Source: Histomonas meleagridis 2922-C6/04-290x
Lineage: Eukaryota; Protista; Parabasalia
Assembly: GCA_020184695.1 (NCBI GenBank)
Contig: JAANOX010000052.1
Span: 124,001-188,000, forward strand
Direction of reading: 5' to 3'
DNA: 64,000 nucleotides
Shown: positions 11,201 through 19,925 of the stretch, piece by piece
Numbering within the stretch: position 1 is the stretch's first letter
How the letters are laid out: the number at the start of each line of letters is the position of its first letter
Translations under genes and position numbers: made by a program
The notes under the pieces: generated by a model
What the model was told of the DNA's origin: nothing
What the model saw: the letters and a program-made list of their open reading frames with translations, nothing else
Database searches by the model: none

Positions 11201-11890
11201 GTTGGGGAAAAATGTATCAATGAGTGTATTTTGTAATGGATATAAATAAGGAATAGTTTGGAATAAAAAGATTAATAATGGATATGGATCACTTTCTTTA
11301 AATGTGGTGTTACATATACATTTAATTATTATAGAAATTGATGTAATAAAAACTTCTTTAGTTTTGATTACTGATATAAATTGTGGTGATAAAAGTTTAT
11401 CAAATGATGGAATTATGTTTTTAAGTTTATCATGCGTTATAAACTTACAAACAATTCTTTCAATGGCTTTGTTGTCAATTATTTTGGAACAAAATTCTTC
11501 TTTGGAAAAAAGAATCTCTAAAATTGGAATATACTTGGAATCAAAATCTTCAGCATCAAAAAGAAAATCATATATGTATTCAAAAAGAATGATATATTCT
11601 TGAGGATTAGGGAAAAATCCATACTTGGAATATACTTCTGGAATAAATTTAATCAAATCATCTAGCATTTCTGGGAGCATAAATGGGAGAGATAATGATA
11701 TAACATTCATAAATCCTTGAACTTGTGATATAAAATTATCTTGAGTTGACAATTCATTATGAAATGTCCAATAAACTTTCATTGAATTTCGCATGAAATC
11801 TAATTTTTCTTTTGAAGATTCACAAGCCTGAAAAGACTCCTCTTCAAAAAACATACCTGTTTCTCCTTGCTGCATTTTTGACGATAACAT
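5225..11890 (-). CDS. BEACH-domain protein (PH-BEACH-WD40; LYST/neurobeachin family)
   Basis: 2221-aa ORF with BEACH motifs MSNLDYINVLNFHANRSFSDLSSYPIVP, YELTPEFYCFPE, IHHWFDLTFGYKLTG, NCGTVPCQLF, followed by WD-like C-terminus. Confidence 0.9.
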   Translation of the reverse strand: MLSSKMQQGETGMFFEEESFQACESSKEKLDFMRNSMKVYWTFHNELSTQDNFISQVQGFMNVISLSLPFMLPEMLDDLIKFIPEVYSKYGFFPNPQEYIILFEYIYDFLFDAEDFDSKYIPILEILFSKEEFCSKIIDNKAIERIVCKFITHDKLKNIIPSFDKLLSPQFISVIKTKEVFITSISIIIKCICNTTFKESDPYPLLIFLFQTIPYLYPLQNTLIDTFFPNKEYEQINNLLIKSSSKEVINLYKLALPFSIDKDQIPINPIILNALSDFYQKKEVSLDDKFEIICFIANQNNIFTSEFCVNESFFSIENWFCKEVTEDFRLFTKFTLILSNCFQVSPFSISSSLTLIYDEVTPLTKPNIIYDNIFNWIDNLLIQNIKNLEYINTKYFIKKFIFKSSLVEVIKMLKSNKSFIDIFNLMFSNKKYHSEKLMKILIHILHNYPELKQMITNLIANNYSAVMIKFFFNNFLDDFIYSIFKKTFNFNAPNIISSVKASDCFYPIELMLNDITTFYPQLFSFFSNLEEYTHQYIFDEWIIKQPKNSPIFQLQGELIQDYIFPKTNTGLLRIPSLLCLCFPFDTNDPMNLVLIGKYSLPILNKLNLPIEKLPTAIKSLHQFVIPDEFEKTFERNISFFLNLSTLIPQNNCKMYRMVPNPEKYAYIKLLDPLKSILSFNICFPYKIENPFPFFHLGNFTLQVFADQILLNSNPIFNIERNKWNNIIIQVIDKTSLNITINNNLVKSIPITEKDDISFVTIGSDYLFPTVPFYIGDEIVTYDPPTKGHTNIVKYNLRVQCSQSVISVPYYPLSKVYNDFDRVLKIFTEFEKETDPKRMEQLLLILYKIPDFSNINFETFIFNCLYSFKQKLEFINSNWLNNLFFCICRIKNIDERTIAFKNFFYDTELWSSINSNITSDFIKTVLNSLSQKQEILNFDSLCKISIFLYLFYLLLYFKDNTLMKVNIETLLTLILTRVKDTKHIQPLVDIFNYCNYWSYEHFDDPTNTFLSFDNNSVILDTIARCLLCIEKERHLSLLKIEYLLIYSFILPKKSAFDFFMRAISIYSEPKYLYTICSASKRFADNSILWKYIMNGIKNNKNEDLLIPILLSLLSSTQYKEQDEYNNILLSLKNYSVFLKPQISSCLINFINGKSQLPNINIDQSIYKDVENFEFNSKNKPFFNNLEKSFPIFHTKLNKISNQYNVQSPFPQYLINLVTKLVEVITFGKINDLTLIRSILIIIISNATIEIIESILLKFLEYLDKTKNIKKKKLKLIIKLIIISCYRFPLLLQSSYLLKLIIKSCISSSQKLQLYLQFFTLFFGFFVQDDIALLVETLSSNLKKWKAKNPEQALFLMVHLLKQNVCREFSGVTNIYNHLVDSIKSSIFIKNEESTCIQQLAENNYQKIIFNIDKNPDYILPLEEKFTNYFNKKRKVLLKNCDNNTQFGIEHIRLFYTYAAVNTFNCIHNEKLFIDTMNYHLLKKEINYTLIYQNRLRVSSQNQNKINTKSFHISPFSLPSVCPEILFSAPYRINAPNEKQIEPIQVKSTKYFNFEQKGFKIPFYFPEHLFKYSALCNFQYQSNMTFLRYFYPEISRFQNCTLIKSFNSINCVLIHQKLHQDYLLLFGAKVSKEKDETNITLEEIDYLSNNHLSLYDSILLNEFGEYSLFKGHFIIKIKQKDILLIQKYIYTAIPTSLLICSISQGTFILEFNETPSIQCFTSPLAYINLEECNRNWINCKMSNLDYINVLNFHANRSFSDLSSYPIVPRVLMDLNQETFEINGNMRPMDQQIEVISDTDPTHEQLQKRFKTQGFHHPENLNNSMNVSIIFCRFEPYSRFQWCINDGWDSGNRHFISFPKNVSIHAKTHYELTPEFYCFPEVFLNLNNYVLPNDDNFDCILPKWANNIFQFIELHRYALESQQVRSEIHHWFDLTFGYKLTGEEAEKSFNLYHPLSYISNLSTTEEIEQKQRWVLNCGTVPCQLFTTPHKKSIERGKIDPLNLIYIINPPNVLTGKKQTIPSNFTDGSIHTAFSKRNAFVSITYFYSKVSILRVLNDNQYIEQTSLLRPSPLFSYISEKQLMCVTVCMTEIVIWSISHGILNAIIPIENVKTLKIDEDTNSMFVGSGKEMLQYTLNGHLIRKISFDDEITAINFFGSGFTTFDKYVLLGFRSGMIRLCAIEFDTGEFNVIQEKKVSLYAINDLVVDLSLFEVSVYDLEFLEDEL

Positions 11891-12190
11891 TCAATTCATG
11901 TTGTTCAACTTTATCGTCTATTCGATGGGCCGAAAAAAATTGCCAAAAATAAGAAATCAAGGCATACTTAAGATAGGCAAAAACATTATTAAAAGGAAAT
12001 AATCTAAAATGAGTGCCATTAAAGTAAGAATAATTAAAACTAAAAAACAACCAAAAACAAGAAGAAATCAATTTCATAAATTCATAAATTCAACAAAAAA
12101 ATAAAAACACATCTTAGAAAAAGCTTTATAAAAACACTCCGAGTATTATGTTTATTTCATTTATTAATTTATAATAATCAAATATATACT

Positions 12191-13693
12191 TTATTCATCT
12201 GGTGAGTTAAGCCCATCTATAATATTCAAAATAATTTCTGCTGCAGCACTTGCATCATCACTATACATTTTCTTTGTTATATATGGAGCACGACGTATAA
12301 AATCTACTGTGTTCTTTAATGGATCTACAAGTGAACGTGATGTTGAAAATGCAGATAATGTTGACATTGTCCTTATATATGGACATGTCACAGCTGGTAT
12401 TTCTTTAATTACTTTAAATTGAACAAGTCTTTGATAATCAGCTTCACTTAATCCAGCAGGACGAGTTGATGGCTTACCGCCAGTATTTGTTACCACTCTG
12501 TCTTTAAAGAACAATGGCATTGTCAAGCCAACAAAATACGGATATTTTTGGGAAACACCTGAATAAAAATAGGGTGCCCCAGGTTTCATTTGATTTTCAA
12601 TTATTTTAGTGCTATCGTCTTGGGGTACCCCAGAGACTAACGTATACCTTGAATAAATTCTTTCTTCTGTCTTAAATGAGAAATCAATTACTGGATCATA
12701 ATATGGAAATGCACTACTAAGAGATGTAAATTTAAGAATGGATGAAGGAGCTACCGTATCAACAACAGTTCTAAGAGTAACAGCATTGGTTAAAATTGGG
12801 ATAAGAGCAGAAGTGAAAGGAATAGAAAGAAGTGCTGTCATCTCATATAAGTTGGTTGGCTTAAATCTGGCAGGATCAATAATGTTCGGAAGCTTTTCAG
12901 GAAGTGTTAATACAGTATGCATATTTGTATAATTGAGAGCTGAAGCTAGAGATAATGATGCATTACATGCAACCTCTTCACTGGTGATATCTTCTGCGAT
13001 CGAAAACGAGATTTTTGTTGCTTTTGGAGCTTCTTCGATAAGATACTCTGAAATCTGATTGAAAATTCCCCCATACCCAGTATTACGATCAATTGTTATT
13101 ACAAAGTCACTGACTCTGTCGCATCGTTCAAGAGAATAACGTATTGGTTCTGTTAATTCATCATAAATGTTGGAATCACTTGCAATTTCAATACCAGAGC
13201 AATAAGATTTTAGGGGTTCAATATCTGTTCCGGGAATCTCAAAGAATGATCTTCTTGATAAATTGAAGTTAACAATATCAGACCAACCAATTTCAGCATT
13301 AGAAAGTCCTAAATCTGGCCTTGGTTTGTCTAGTGGCAAGAAAGTTTGTCCACCTCCTTTAATGTATTGGATAAATGGTGTTGGTTTAAATTTTGGAACT
13401 TGAACTGGTGAATCTGGTGGTGGATCAAATTTTTCAACCTTTCCATTTATTTCTTCCTTATCATCATAATCTTGGAAAAGATGAACGGTTCTTGCATTTG
13501 TAAAAAAAACAGCATTTGGTAGAAGACCTTGAGAGCTTTCTCCATACCATGTTGGTGGCATGTCTACACACTCAACAAGACTGTTTATACAATGTCCAGT
13601 TAAAAGTCCACTTGTTGGACCAAAAGAAAGGAAAATAGTTGACATTGAATGGTCTGATAAATAAACGGTTTCTAAAATTTTAAAAAGTGGCAT
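12191..13693 (-). CDS. MSTO1: Misato/DML1-like tubulin-FtsZ-related protein
   Basis: N-terminal TIFLSFGPTSGLLTGH and central LERCDRVSDFVITIDRNTGYGG resemble Misato segments (E.CD..QGF...D...G.GG); tubulin-like size. Confidence 0.65.
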   Translation of the reverse strand: MPLFKILETVYLSDHSMSTIFLSFGPTSGLLTGHCINSLVECVDMPPTWYGESSQGLLPNAVFFTNARTVHLFQDYDDKEEINGKVEKFDPPPDSPVQVPKFKPTPFIQYIKGGGQTFLPLDKPRPDLGLSNAEIGWSDIVNFNLSRRSFFEIPGTDIEPLKSYCSGIEIASDSNIYDELTEPIRYSLERCDRVSDFVITIDRNTGYGGIFNQISEYLIEEAPKATKISFSIAEDITSEEVACNASLSLASALNYTNMHTVLTLPEKLPNIIDPARFKPTNLYEMTALLSIPFTSALIPILTNAVTLRTVVDTVAPSSILKFTSLSSAFPYYDPVIDFSFKTEERIYSRYTLVSGVPQDDSTKIIENQMKPGAPYFYSGVSQKYPYFVGLTMPLFFKDRVVTNTGGKPSTRPAGLSEADYQRLVQFKVIKEIPAVTCPYIRTMSTLSAFSTSRSLVDPLKNTVDFIRRAPYITKKMYSDDASAAAEIILNIIDGLNSPDE

Positions 13694-14292
13694 ATGGATT
13701 TTTTTCTAAGAAAGTAAACTTAAGAAAAATTAACCAAAATTCTAAATGTATCGTTCTATCGTGCTTTTTTTTTGGAAACAGTCTAAATAATAAAATTGTT
13801 TACAGCTGAAACAGAGACCAGTGAAAAAATTAAAGAATACCAATCTCATAATGAATGGGAGGTGTTAGTATCAATTAAAAATTTTGTTTTCGATTTGAAT
13901 GAAGGAAATATTGTTCAATCAGCAAATTTAATAATTGACAAATTTGATAATTCATTTTGCAAAATGTTTTATATAAGAAAGATGCTTGAACATAATATAC
14001 ACGAAATGTCATTATTTCGAAAGGCATTAAAATAATCATTAAAAGAATAACATAAGTTCATTTATTGAAATTTCATTGTCCATCGAAATGATCATTTCTT
14101 GTTAACACAAATTGTCTTTTTGAGGTAATTTTTGTGTAGAAATAATAATGGCAAATAAAACTTCAGAAAAAAAATCGATATAAATTAAGTAACTTTGTTT
14201 GATTTAATCAGATGACTGGAATAGTAAAACAACAAAACCAGACAAAGAACTCTATTTTATCCATTTCAAGTTCACTTTCAAAGGTAAATAAA

Positions 14293-14670
14293 ATGGCTGA
14301 AAAATGGGTTGTCCAGCCAACAGAAATAAGCCAAAATGAAGATGAAAAACAATTTGATATTTCGAAATTTGAAAAAATATTTACTACTTTTGGAAACAGT
14401 ATTGATCCAGAAGGAGAGGATTCAACAGAGTTCACTTATTTATTCGATCTTAGAAATCAAGTAAACGAATCTAAAAAGAAACTGGCAAATCTACAAGCAA
14501 ATAAAGCAACTGTTGGACCTGAAGAAGTACTTAAGGAAGCAATAAATTTGAGGATGCTAATACCAAAATTAAGAAGTACAGAAATCGAATTTGTTTATAA
14601 ATTCATTGAGAAATGGAAAAATGCTGTGACAACTTTGTGCACTGATTTGAGTGGTGCAACTGAAAATTGA
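14293..14670 (+). CDS. Hypothetical protein (~125 aa, coiled-coil)
   Basis: In-frame ATG 14293 within ORF 14212-14670, preceded by Inr-like TCACTT at 14272. Confidence 0.6.
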   Translation: MAEKWVVQPTEISQNEDEKQFDISKFEKIFTTFGNSIDPEGEDSTEFTYLFDLRNQVNESKKKLANLQANKATVGPEEVLKEAINLRMLIPKLRSTEIEFVYKFIEKWKNAVTTLCTDLSGATEN

Positions 14671-15035
14671 TCAATCAATTTTATCTAAATAAATATTTGC
14701 AAAATTTACCATTAATTCTGCAATTTCTTATATTATATTCTTTGTAATCACCAAAAAGTGTTTTAAAAGCATTGCCGATTATGCATAACAATAAATACGA
14801 AATTTAATCAATAAAATCTACTTTTGCATCATTGTTCTTAAAAATAAATATTTTCAATTTATATTTTTAGCAACAGGACACAATTTAGAGTTCATTCCGG
14901 TGACTTTATTTTGAAATTATTTATATTGATTTATATAAATAAGTTTTGTAACAAAAAATTTGTTGCAATATCCGAAGCAAAATTTAGAAAGAATCAAACA
15001 TTTTTGTTCGCTAATATAATAGTAACAATTTTATA

Positions 15036-15040
<5 letters not shown>

Positions 15041-15080
<40 letters not shown>
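15041..15080. repeat. (AT)20 microsatellite
   Basis: Read directly. Confidence 0.95.
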
Positions 15081-15084
<4 letters not shown>

Positions 15085-16098
15085 ATAATATATAAGAACA
15101 AAACAGACGGTTGACACTCTAACCGTAATTTCTCCGCGAAAATTATCATTCAATTTCATCTATCGGAGCGGCTTCCAGTTTTTCCTAGAAAATTTCGGTT
15201 ATTTTTTCTGATATTTATTCTTTACATGTATCGTCATTCAATATTGAAAACTTTATTATTAGAAAAAGTTTCATCTTCGAATTAAATGATTTACTTACGC
15301 ACTTTTTTTCTCTAATTGTTTGCGCTGGCAATTTTTTACTATATCATGTCAACCAGCGATCTCTAATGATTTGATTCATTTTTAAGCAATTTTTTTCTTT
15401 TATCTCTTCTCTTAATTTTTTTCTTATCTTATTATTCACTGTTTTTAAGTGTGCGGTCTAAACGGTCTCCCCCGGAAATTTATTTTTTTCCAAGAAATCT
15501 CCGTGGTTGAATGTAATACTTACAATTAATAACAAACAATATTTCTACCTAATGATTTACTTATTGTTTATTGAAATATTAAGATTTTTGATAAAATATG
15601 ACAGATAATTAAATTTTATATTAAAATAAGATGAAAAAATCGTTATATTACATTATTACAAATTCTAAAATATAAATAAATATTTATCTGTTTTTAACTT
15701 TTTTTGGTTATTCATAAGTTCTGTTCATATCAAATCTATAAATTCGAATTTTTCGATAATGCAAAATTATAATAATTAATGAATTATCTTAGCTTTATAC
15801 TTGGATTTATATTTTGTGATTATCTTTATTTATTTAAATAATGTTGTTTAAATTCTAAAAATACGATTAAAATCCATCGAAATAAGCCTAAACGTCAAAA
15901 TAAGAAAATAGGGTCTGAAATATATTTATTTCGTAATTATATAGATTAAATCCAATTTATTATTAATAAAATAAATTACATGGATGTATAAATTATATAA
16001 GCAGAGTATAATATTAATATTTATTGAAATATGTTAACAAATTGCATTTGAAATTTTTATCTTCAAATTTTCGATATCTCTCTATTAGTTGATTTCGA

Positions 16099-17548
16099 GG
16101 TTAGGATGCAAAACGCCCTCCATTTTGCGGTTTTTGGACGATAGGAAATTTGAAAGGAAAAAAATGGCAATAAAAATATTCGACTTTTGATATAGAGATC
16201 AAAGTCATTTCAAAAAGTGAATAATGGCAAAATATCTTATTGGGGGGGTCTGATACACTTCGAAATTATTTTTCTAATAAAAATATTATAAATTATGATT
16301 AGTTTATTAAGAAATTTCACCAATTATTGCTTTCCAGCATTTTTCAAATGTATTTCCTATATTTCTTCGAAAACACCATTCATGGATATATGATTCGAGA
16401 TAATTTCTGTCTCTAAATCCATTTTTTATGAGGTATCCTTTTATTAGATTCCATGTACCTTCTATATTTTGAGTATTTGCCTCAGTAATTGGATCTACAA
16501 AATTTTCTGAGTGATTTACTGTTTTGTGTACATAACCTAAATCACTAAGAGTATTATATGCCTTCCATTCATCAGACCAAATTCCTGAATTAGGTCTAAC
16601 CGTTGAACAAATAATTAAAATGAGAACTTCTTTCGATCTATTTTCGCAAATCTCAGCAACAACTCTCATTGTTTTACTGTCTATTTCGCCAAAAACCCAA
16701 ATTTCTTCTTTTTCCAATGCACTTCCTTTGTTGTATTTAGCACCGAAAAAATGACTTTCATCAATTTCGACTATTCCATCACCAAGTAAATTCTGAGCTA
16801 TATCTTTTCGATATTCTTTTTCTGCAATAGATCGAAAAGTTTGAAACCATGTTATTACTGATCGTTCACATACACCTGTAATTTTAGATGTAATTCTTAT
16901 ATCAAAACCTTCTACCCAACATGCTAAAATGTGAACAAATCCCCTTAATGAAAGTTTTGATTGTGATACCCATGAATCTAATCTGATTGATTTTGAATTT
17001 CTGCATTTACTTAAGCAGCATCTATATGCAGCACCATCAGGGTAACTTGGTGAGAAATAAACTTTCATTAACGATTGACATTTCGGACATATTTGAATTT
17101 GGTGGATATCAGGAATGATTCCCTGCTCAGAGGCCCATTTGATGAAGCTTATGTCATTTAATTTTAACACTTTCTTAATGGTTTCGAATTTCAATTGCAA
17201 CGTAAAAATCATCGACTTTTTGACTACTTTACAAACAAAGAATATGAATGAATTTTTATCGATAACCGTTATAATAAATCTTATATATTTTATTTAATAA
17301 CTTAATCATTATCGTTATGTCAAATATTTTGTCTGTCAAAATATATATTAATATGTATCAAATGCGAGCACCGAAGGTGCGAGCGGTTTCGATCGTTATC
17401 CATTGAAAAACCTCGTTTTTCAATGGATAACGATCGAAACCGGCCGTCAGGATGATGGATGGGGTGCCCTAATGTGGCATTTCTATTTTTCCTCAAATTT
17501 CCTATCGTTAAAAAACCGCAAAAATGGAGGGCGTTTTGCATCAGAGCC
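16099..17548 (-). mobile_element. Merlin (IS1016/IS1595-related) DNA transposon, 1450 bp, apparently intact
   Basis: GG...CC termini; ~50-bp near-identical TIR core (gatgcaaaacgccctccattttgcgg...acgataggaaatttga) at 16105-16153 and 17493-17542. 8-bp TSD GATTTCGA at 16091-16098 and 17549-17556. Confidence 0.93.
16307..17212 (-). CDS. Merlin/ISXO2-like DDE transposase (DDE_Tnp_IS1595)
   Basis: CPKC..C..C Zn ribbon; VEIDES, WSDEWKAY, HKTVNHS, NTQNIEGTW, YIHEWCFRR motifs. Confidence 0.93.
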   Translation of the reverse strand: MIFTLQLKFETIKKVLKLNDISFIKWASEQGIIPDIHQIQICPKCQSLMKVYFSPSYPDGAAYRCCLSKCRNSKSIRLDSWVSQSKLSLRGFVHILACWVEGFDIRITSKITGVCERSVITWFQTFRSIAEKEYRKDIAQNLLGDGIVEIDESHFFGAKYNKGSALEKEEIWVFGEIDSKTMRVVAEICENRSKEVLILIICSTVRPNSGIWSDEWKAYNTLSDLGYVHKTVNHSENFVDPITEANTQNIEGTWNLIKGYLIKNGFRDRNYLESYIHEWCFRRNIGNTFEKCWKAIIGEIS

Positions 17549-18390
17549 GATTTCGATTTATTTTGTAATTATATATTTGATTTTATTTTGTTTTATCACT
17601 TATATCTATCCCTCTATTCATTTTAAAATTTATTTTTTTAAATTGAATGCAATTTGATCGATTTGAATTCAATTTTTTGATGTGTTTTTTAATGCATTTT
17701 GCGTTTTTTGTTTTTTCTCTCTTATTTTTCTGGATTCTAAATTTATTTCAGAAAATATGTTATCACATTATTAAATGGAATTTCTCATATTAATTTCAGT
17801 ATTGAATTTTATTTTTATGATGATTTGTTCATCATTTTTCTCAATTTTCTACAATTTCTTCTTTTTCAGAACCATATATAAGGAAAATTTATAAAAATGT
17901 AATAGAACGTATTTTTCATCTTATTTTAATATAAAATTTAATTATCTGTCATATTTTATCAAAAATCTTAATATTTCAATAAAAATAAGTAAATCATTAG
18001 GTAGAAATATTGTTTATTTTTAATCGTAAGTATTACATTCAACCACCTTTAAATAAGATTTTCTTTTCTTTGTTGAATTTGATCATTTCGAATTTTTATT
18101 AATATCCCTATAAATCATTTTTTTTATAACAATGATTATTCTAATAATGATAGTTTAATAATTTCTGTCCTATTATATATATCAATCAATTGATATATCA
18201 ATTATATAGATGTACATTGATTTTCCCGTTGATTGATGCATAATTTTTTTGATCTAAGAACAAAATAATTGTATTAAACTTTGATTTAAATCTCTATATA
18301 TGGTTTAACATTTCTTCTGACATTATTTATATTATCTCTCACAGAAACTCGACTTATTAAAAATACAGATCACGATCGAAAGGTGGTAAT

Positions 18391-18529
18391 TAATGTTATG
18401 TTTCAGAATTATATTTGGAAATTATTCAAAACATTGAACACATCACTTATGAAAGCATCTAATAATGGTAATCTAGAAATAGTTAAATTTCTTCTTGAAC
18501 ATTAAGGAGTTGATATTAAGGTTATGATC
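18391..18529 (+). pseudogene. Solo degenerate ankyrin unit (spacer 3' half + core)
   Basis: tttcagaattatatttggaaattattc + TSLMKASNNGNLEIVKFLLEH*GVDI, with TAA at 18503-18505 inside the core. Confidence 0.75.
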
Positions 18530-19013
18530 TATGTTTATTATAAAATGGGTTTAACCATTTTAAAGAAAAAGTGATTGAACCTCAAAACAAAGCAAAAATA
18601 TCTTCTTTAATAAACAATATTTTTTAAGATTAATAAATGAACCATGAATAGCTATTTAATTTTATATTGTAATATTATATTCAGAATTTAAAGAGAGAAA
18701 AAGAATTCGAAAAATTGATTATTTATAAATTAGAGCCTTTTCTTCTTGCTTATAGGATATTGATCTAAGTTATTTTTTAGATATTAACTTCAATCATTTC
18801 CATGATTTTGTTTTCGTTATTATTGATTTTGTTCGTAATCTGTAGTTGAAATATTAATGTTTTTTGAATTAAATATAATATTGTATTAATTATTGTTTTC
18901 TCGAAGTTGATACAAATTGTCATGTGAATTACATTATTAATTAATATTAAGATTAAATCAATTTATTTTCTCAATAATAATTTTTATAAAAAATATTAGT
19001 TAGATGGCTGAGA

Positions 19014-19040
19014 CACTTTTTGAGCAGAGCTCAAAAAGTG
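19014..19040. other. Perfect 12-bp hairpin CACTTTTTGAGC-AGA-GCTCAAAAAGTG
   Basis: Exact inverted repeat with 3-nt loop, 10 nt from a (TA)12 tract. Confidence 0.85.
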
Positions 19041-19050
19041 GCATTACTTG

Positions 19051-19074
19051 TATATATATATATATATATATATA
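19051..19074. repeat. (TA)12 microsatellite
   Basis: Read directly. Confidence 0.95.
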
Positions 19075-19110
19075 ACTTAACAATAATTCTCAGTGATAAT
19101 TATAATTTAT

Positions 19111-19410
19111 TCACTTATGAAGTTCCCAATCATTCTTTTTAAGTTCTTCACTGTTCACAAAGATTTGACCAATAAATCCAGAGGCACAATCAAAAATCAT
19201 TTGTTCAATTTCTTTATCTGTAATATAATGAATAAAATATGGAATTTTTAAATTTTGGATAATTTTTGGATCAAGCAAATTGTTTTCAACCATATTTTCA
19301 AGAAGATATTCTGATTCTTTTGATAAATTTCTGATAAGAATATCAGAGAATACATCGATAATATTGGGTTGAATTTTATTTTTTTCCATAATTGATATTA
19401 AATTTCTCAA
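19111..19410 (-). pseudogene. Truncated N-terminal fragment of the DUF3447-type ankyrin gene family
   Basis: IIDVFS...ESEYLLENMVENNLLDPKI...LKKNDWELHK aligns to genes A and B. Upstream tttctttatttaagttaaa is shared with gene B upstream (~60405-60425). Stops just before (TA)12. Confidence 0.7.
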
Positions 19411-19911
19411 ATATTAAGTTTGTAGATTGAGAAATATTTTCTTTATTTAAGTTAAAAATTGTTTGGTTGATTAATAGAATTGTTTCAAATTCATTATGTA
19501 ATTTCTGCATATTTTTACTAAATAAAGTTGAAAACCAGATGTATCAATGGACCAAAAGTGACAGCAGATGTTGTACTAAGTACCCATTATGGGGCACCCT
19601 TGTACTATTTATGGGTCTGGTTGGAAAATTTAGAGTGTAGAAACATCGGAAAATTAACGTATGCACAATAATTATATGTTGAATAAAACTTTAAATTTAA
19701 AAGATTTTCCAAATGTCTTTGAGTTAATGTTTCTACTATTAGATTACAAAATATTATTGATCAATTTATAAATCGATTTAAGAAAAGAAATTATTAAAAC
19801 ATGGAAAAAATAGCGTCTTTAAAGGTAAAGTGGGGGATTAAATATTAGCGCCAACAAATAAAGGATTTAGGATTTTTGCAGCAAAATGATTTTGTGCTTT
19901 CGAATAACTGA

Positions 19912-19919
19912 AAAGTGAC
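19912..19919 (+). promoter_or_regulatory. AAAGTGAC core-promoter-like motif
   Basis: 6 nt before the ATG at 19926. Also present at 22789 (before RPL37), 24977 (between divergent TBC/LRR), 22751, 19555 and 40419. Resembles a trichomonad core promoter motif (recalled from literature, not verified). Confidence 0.5.
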
Positions 19920-19925
19920 AATTAA

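Larger units (their letters stand above)
15503..18046. mobile_element. Probable non-autonomous TIR element (~160-bp inverted repeats) hosting the Merlin insertion
   Basis: 15503-~15665 (gtggttgaatgtaatacttac...) is the reverse complement of ~17885-18046 with few mismatches. No TSD identified. Confidence 0.6.

Noticed and set aside
5298-11603. Antisense and alternative-frame ORFs overlapping the BEACH gene, and similar shadows on other long genes
   Set aside because: Shadow ORFs of real CDSs.
13796-14035. 79-aa ORF
   Set aside because: Non-ATG start, short, no recognisable motif; at most a gene relic.
19540-19620. Possible small ncRNA after an AAAGTGAC motif (ACCCAT...ATGGGT stem)
   Set aside because: No recognisable snRNA, snoRNA or tRNA features; support too weak. 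No tRNA or rRNA genes were recognised anywhere in the window.
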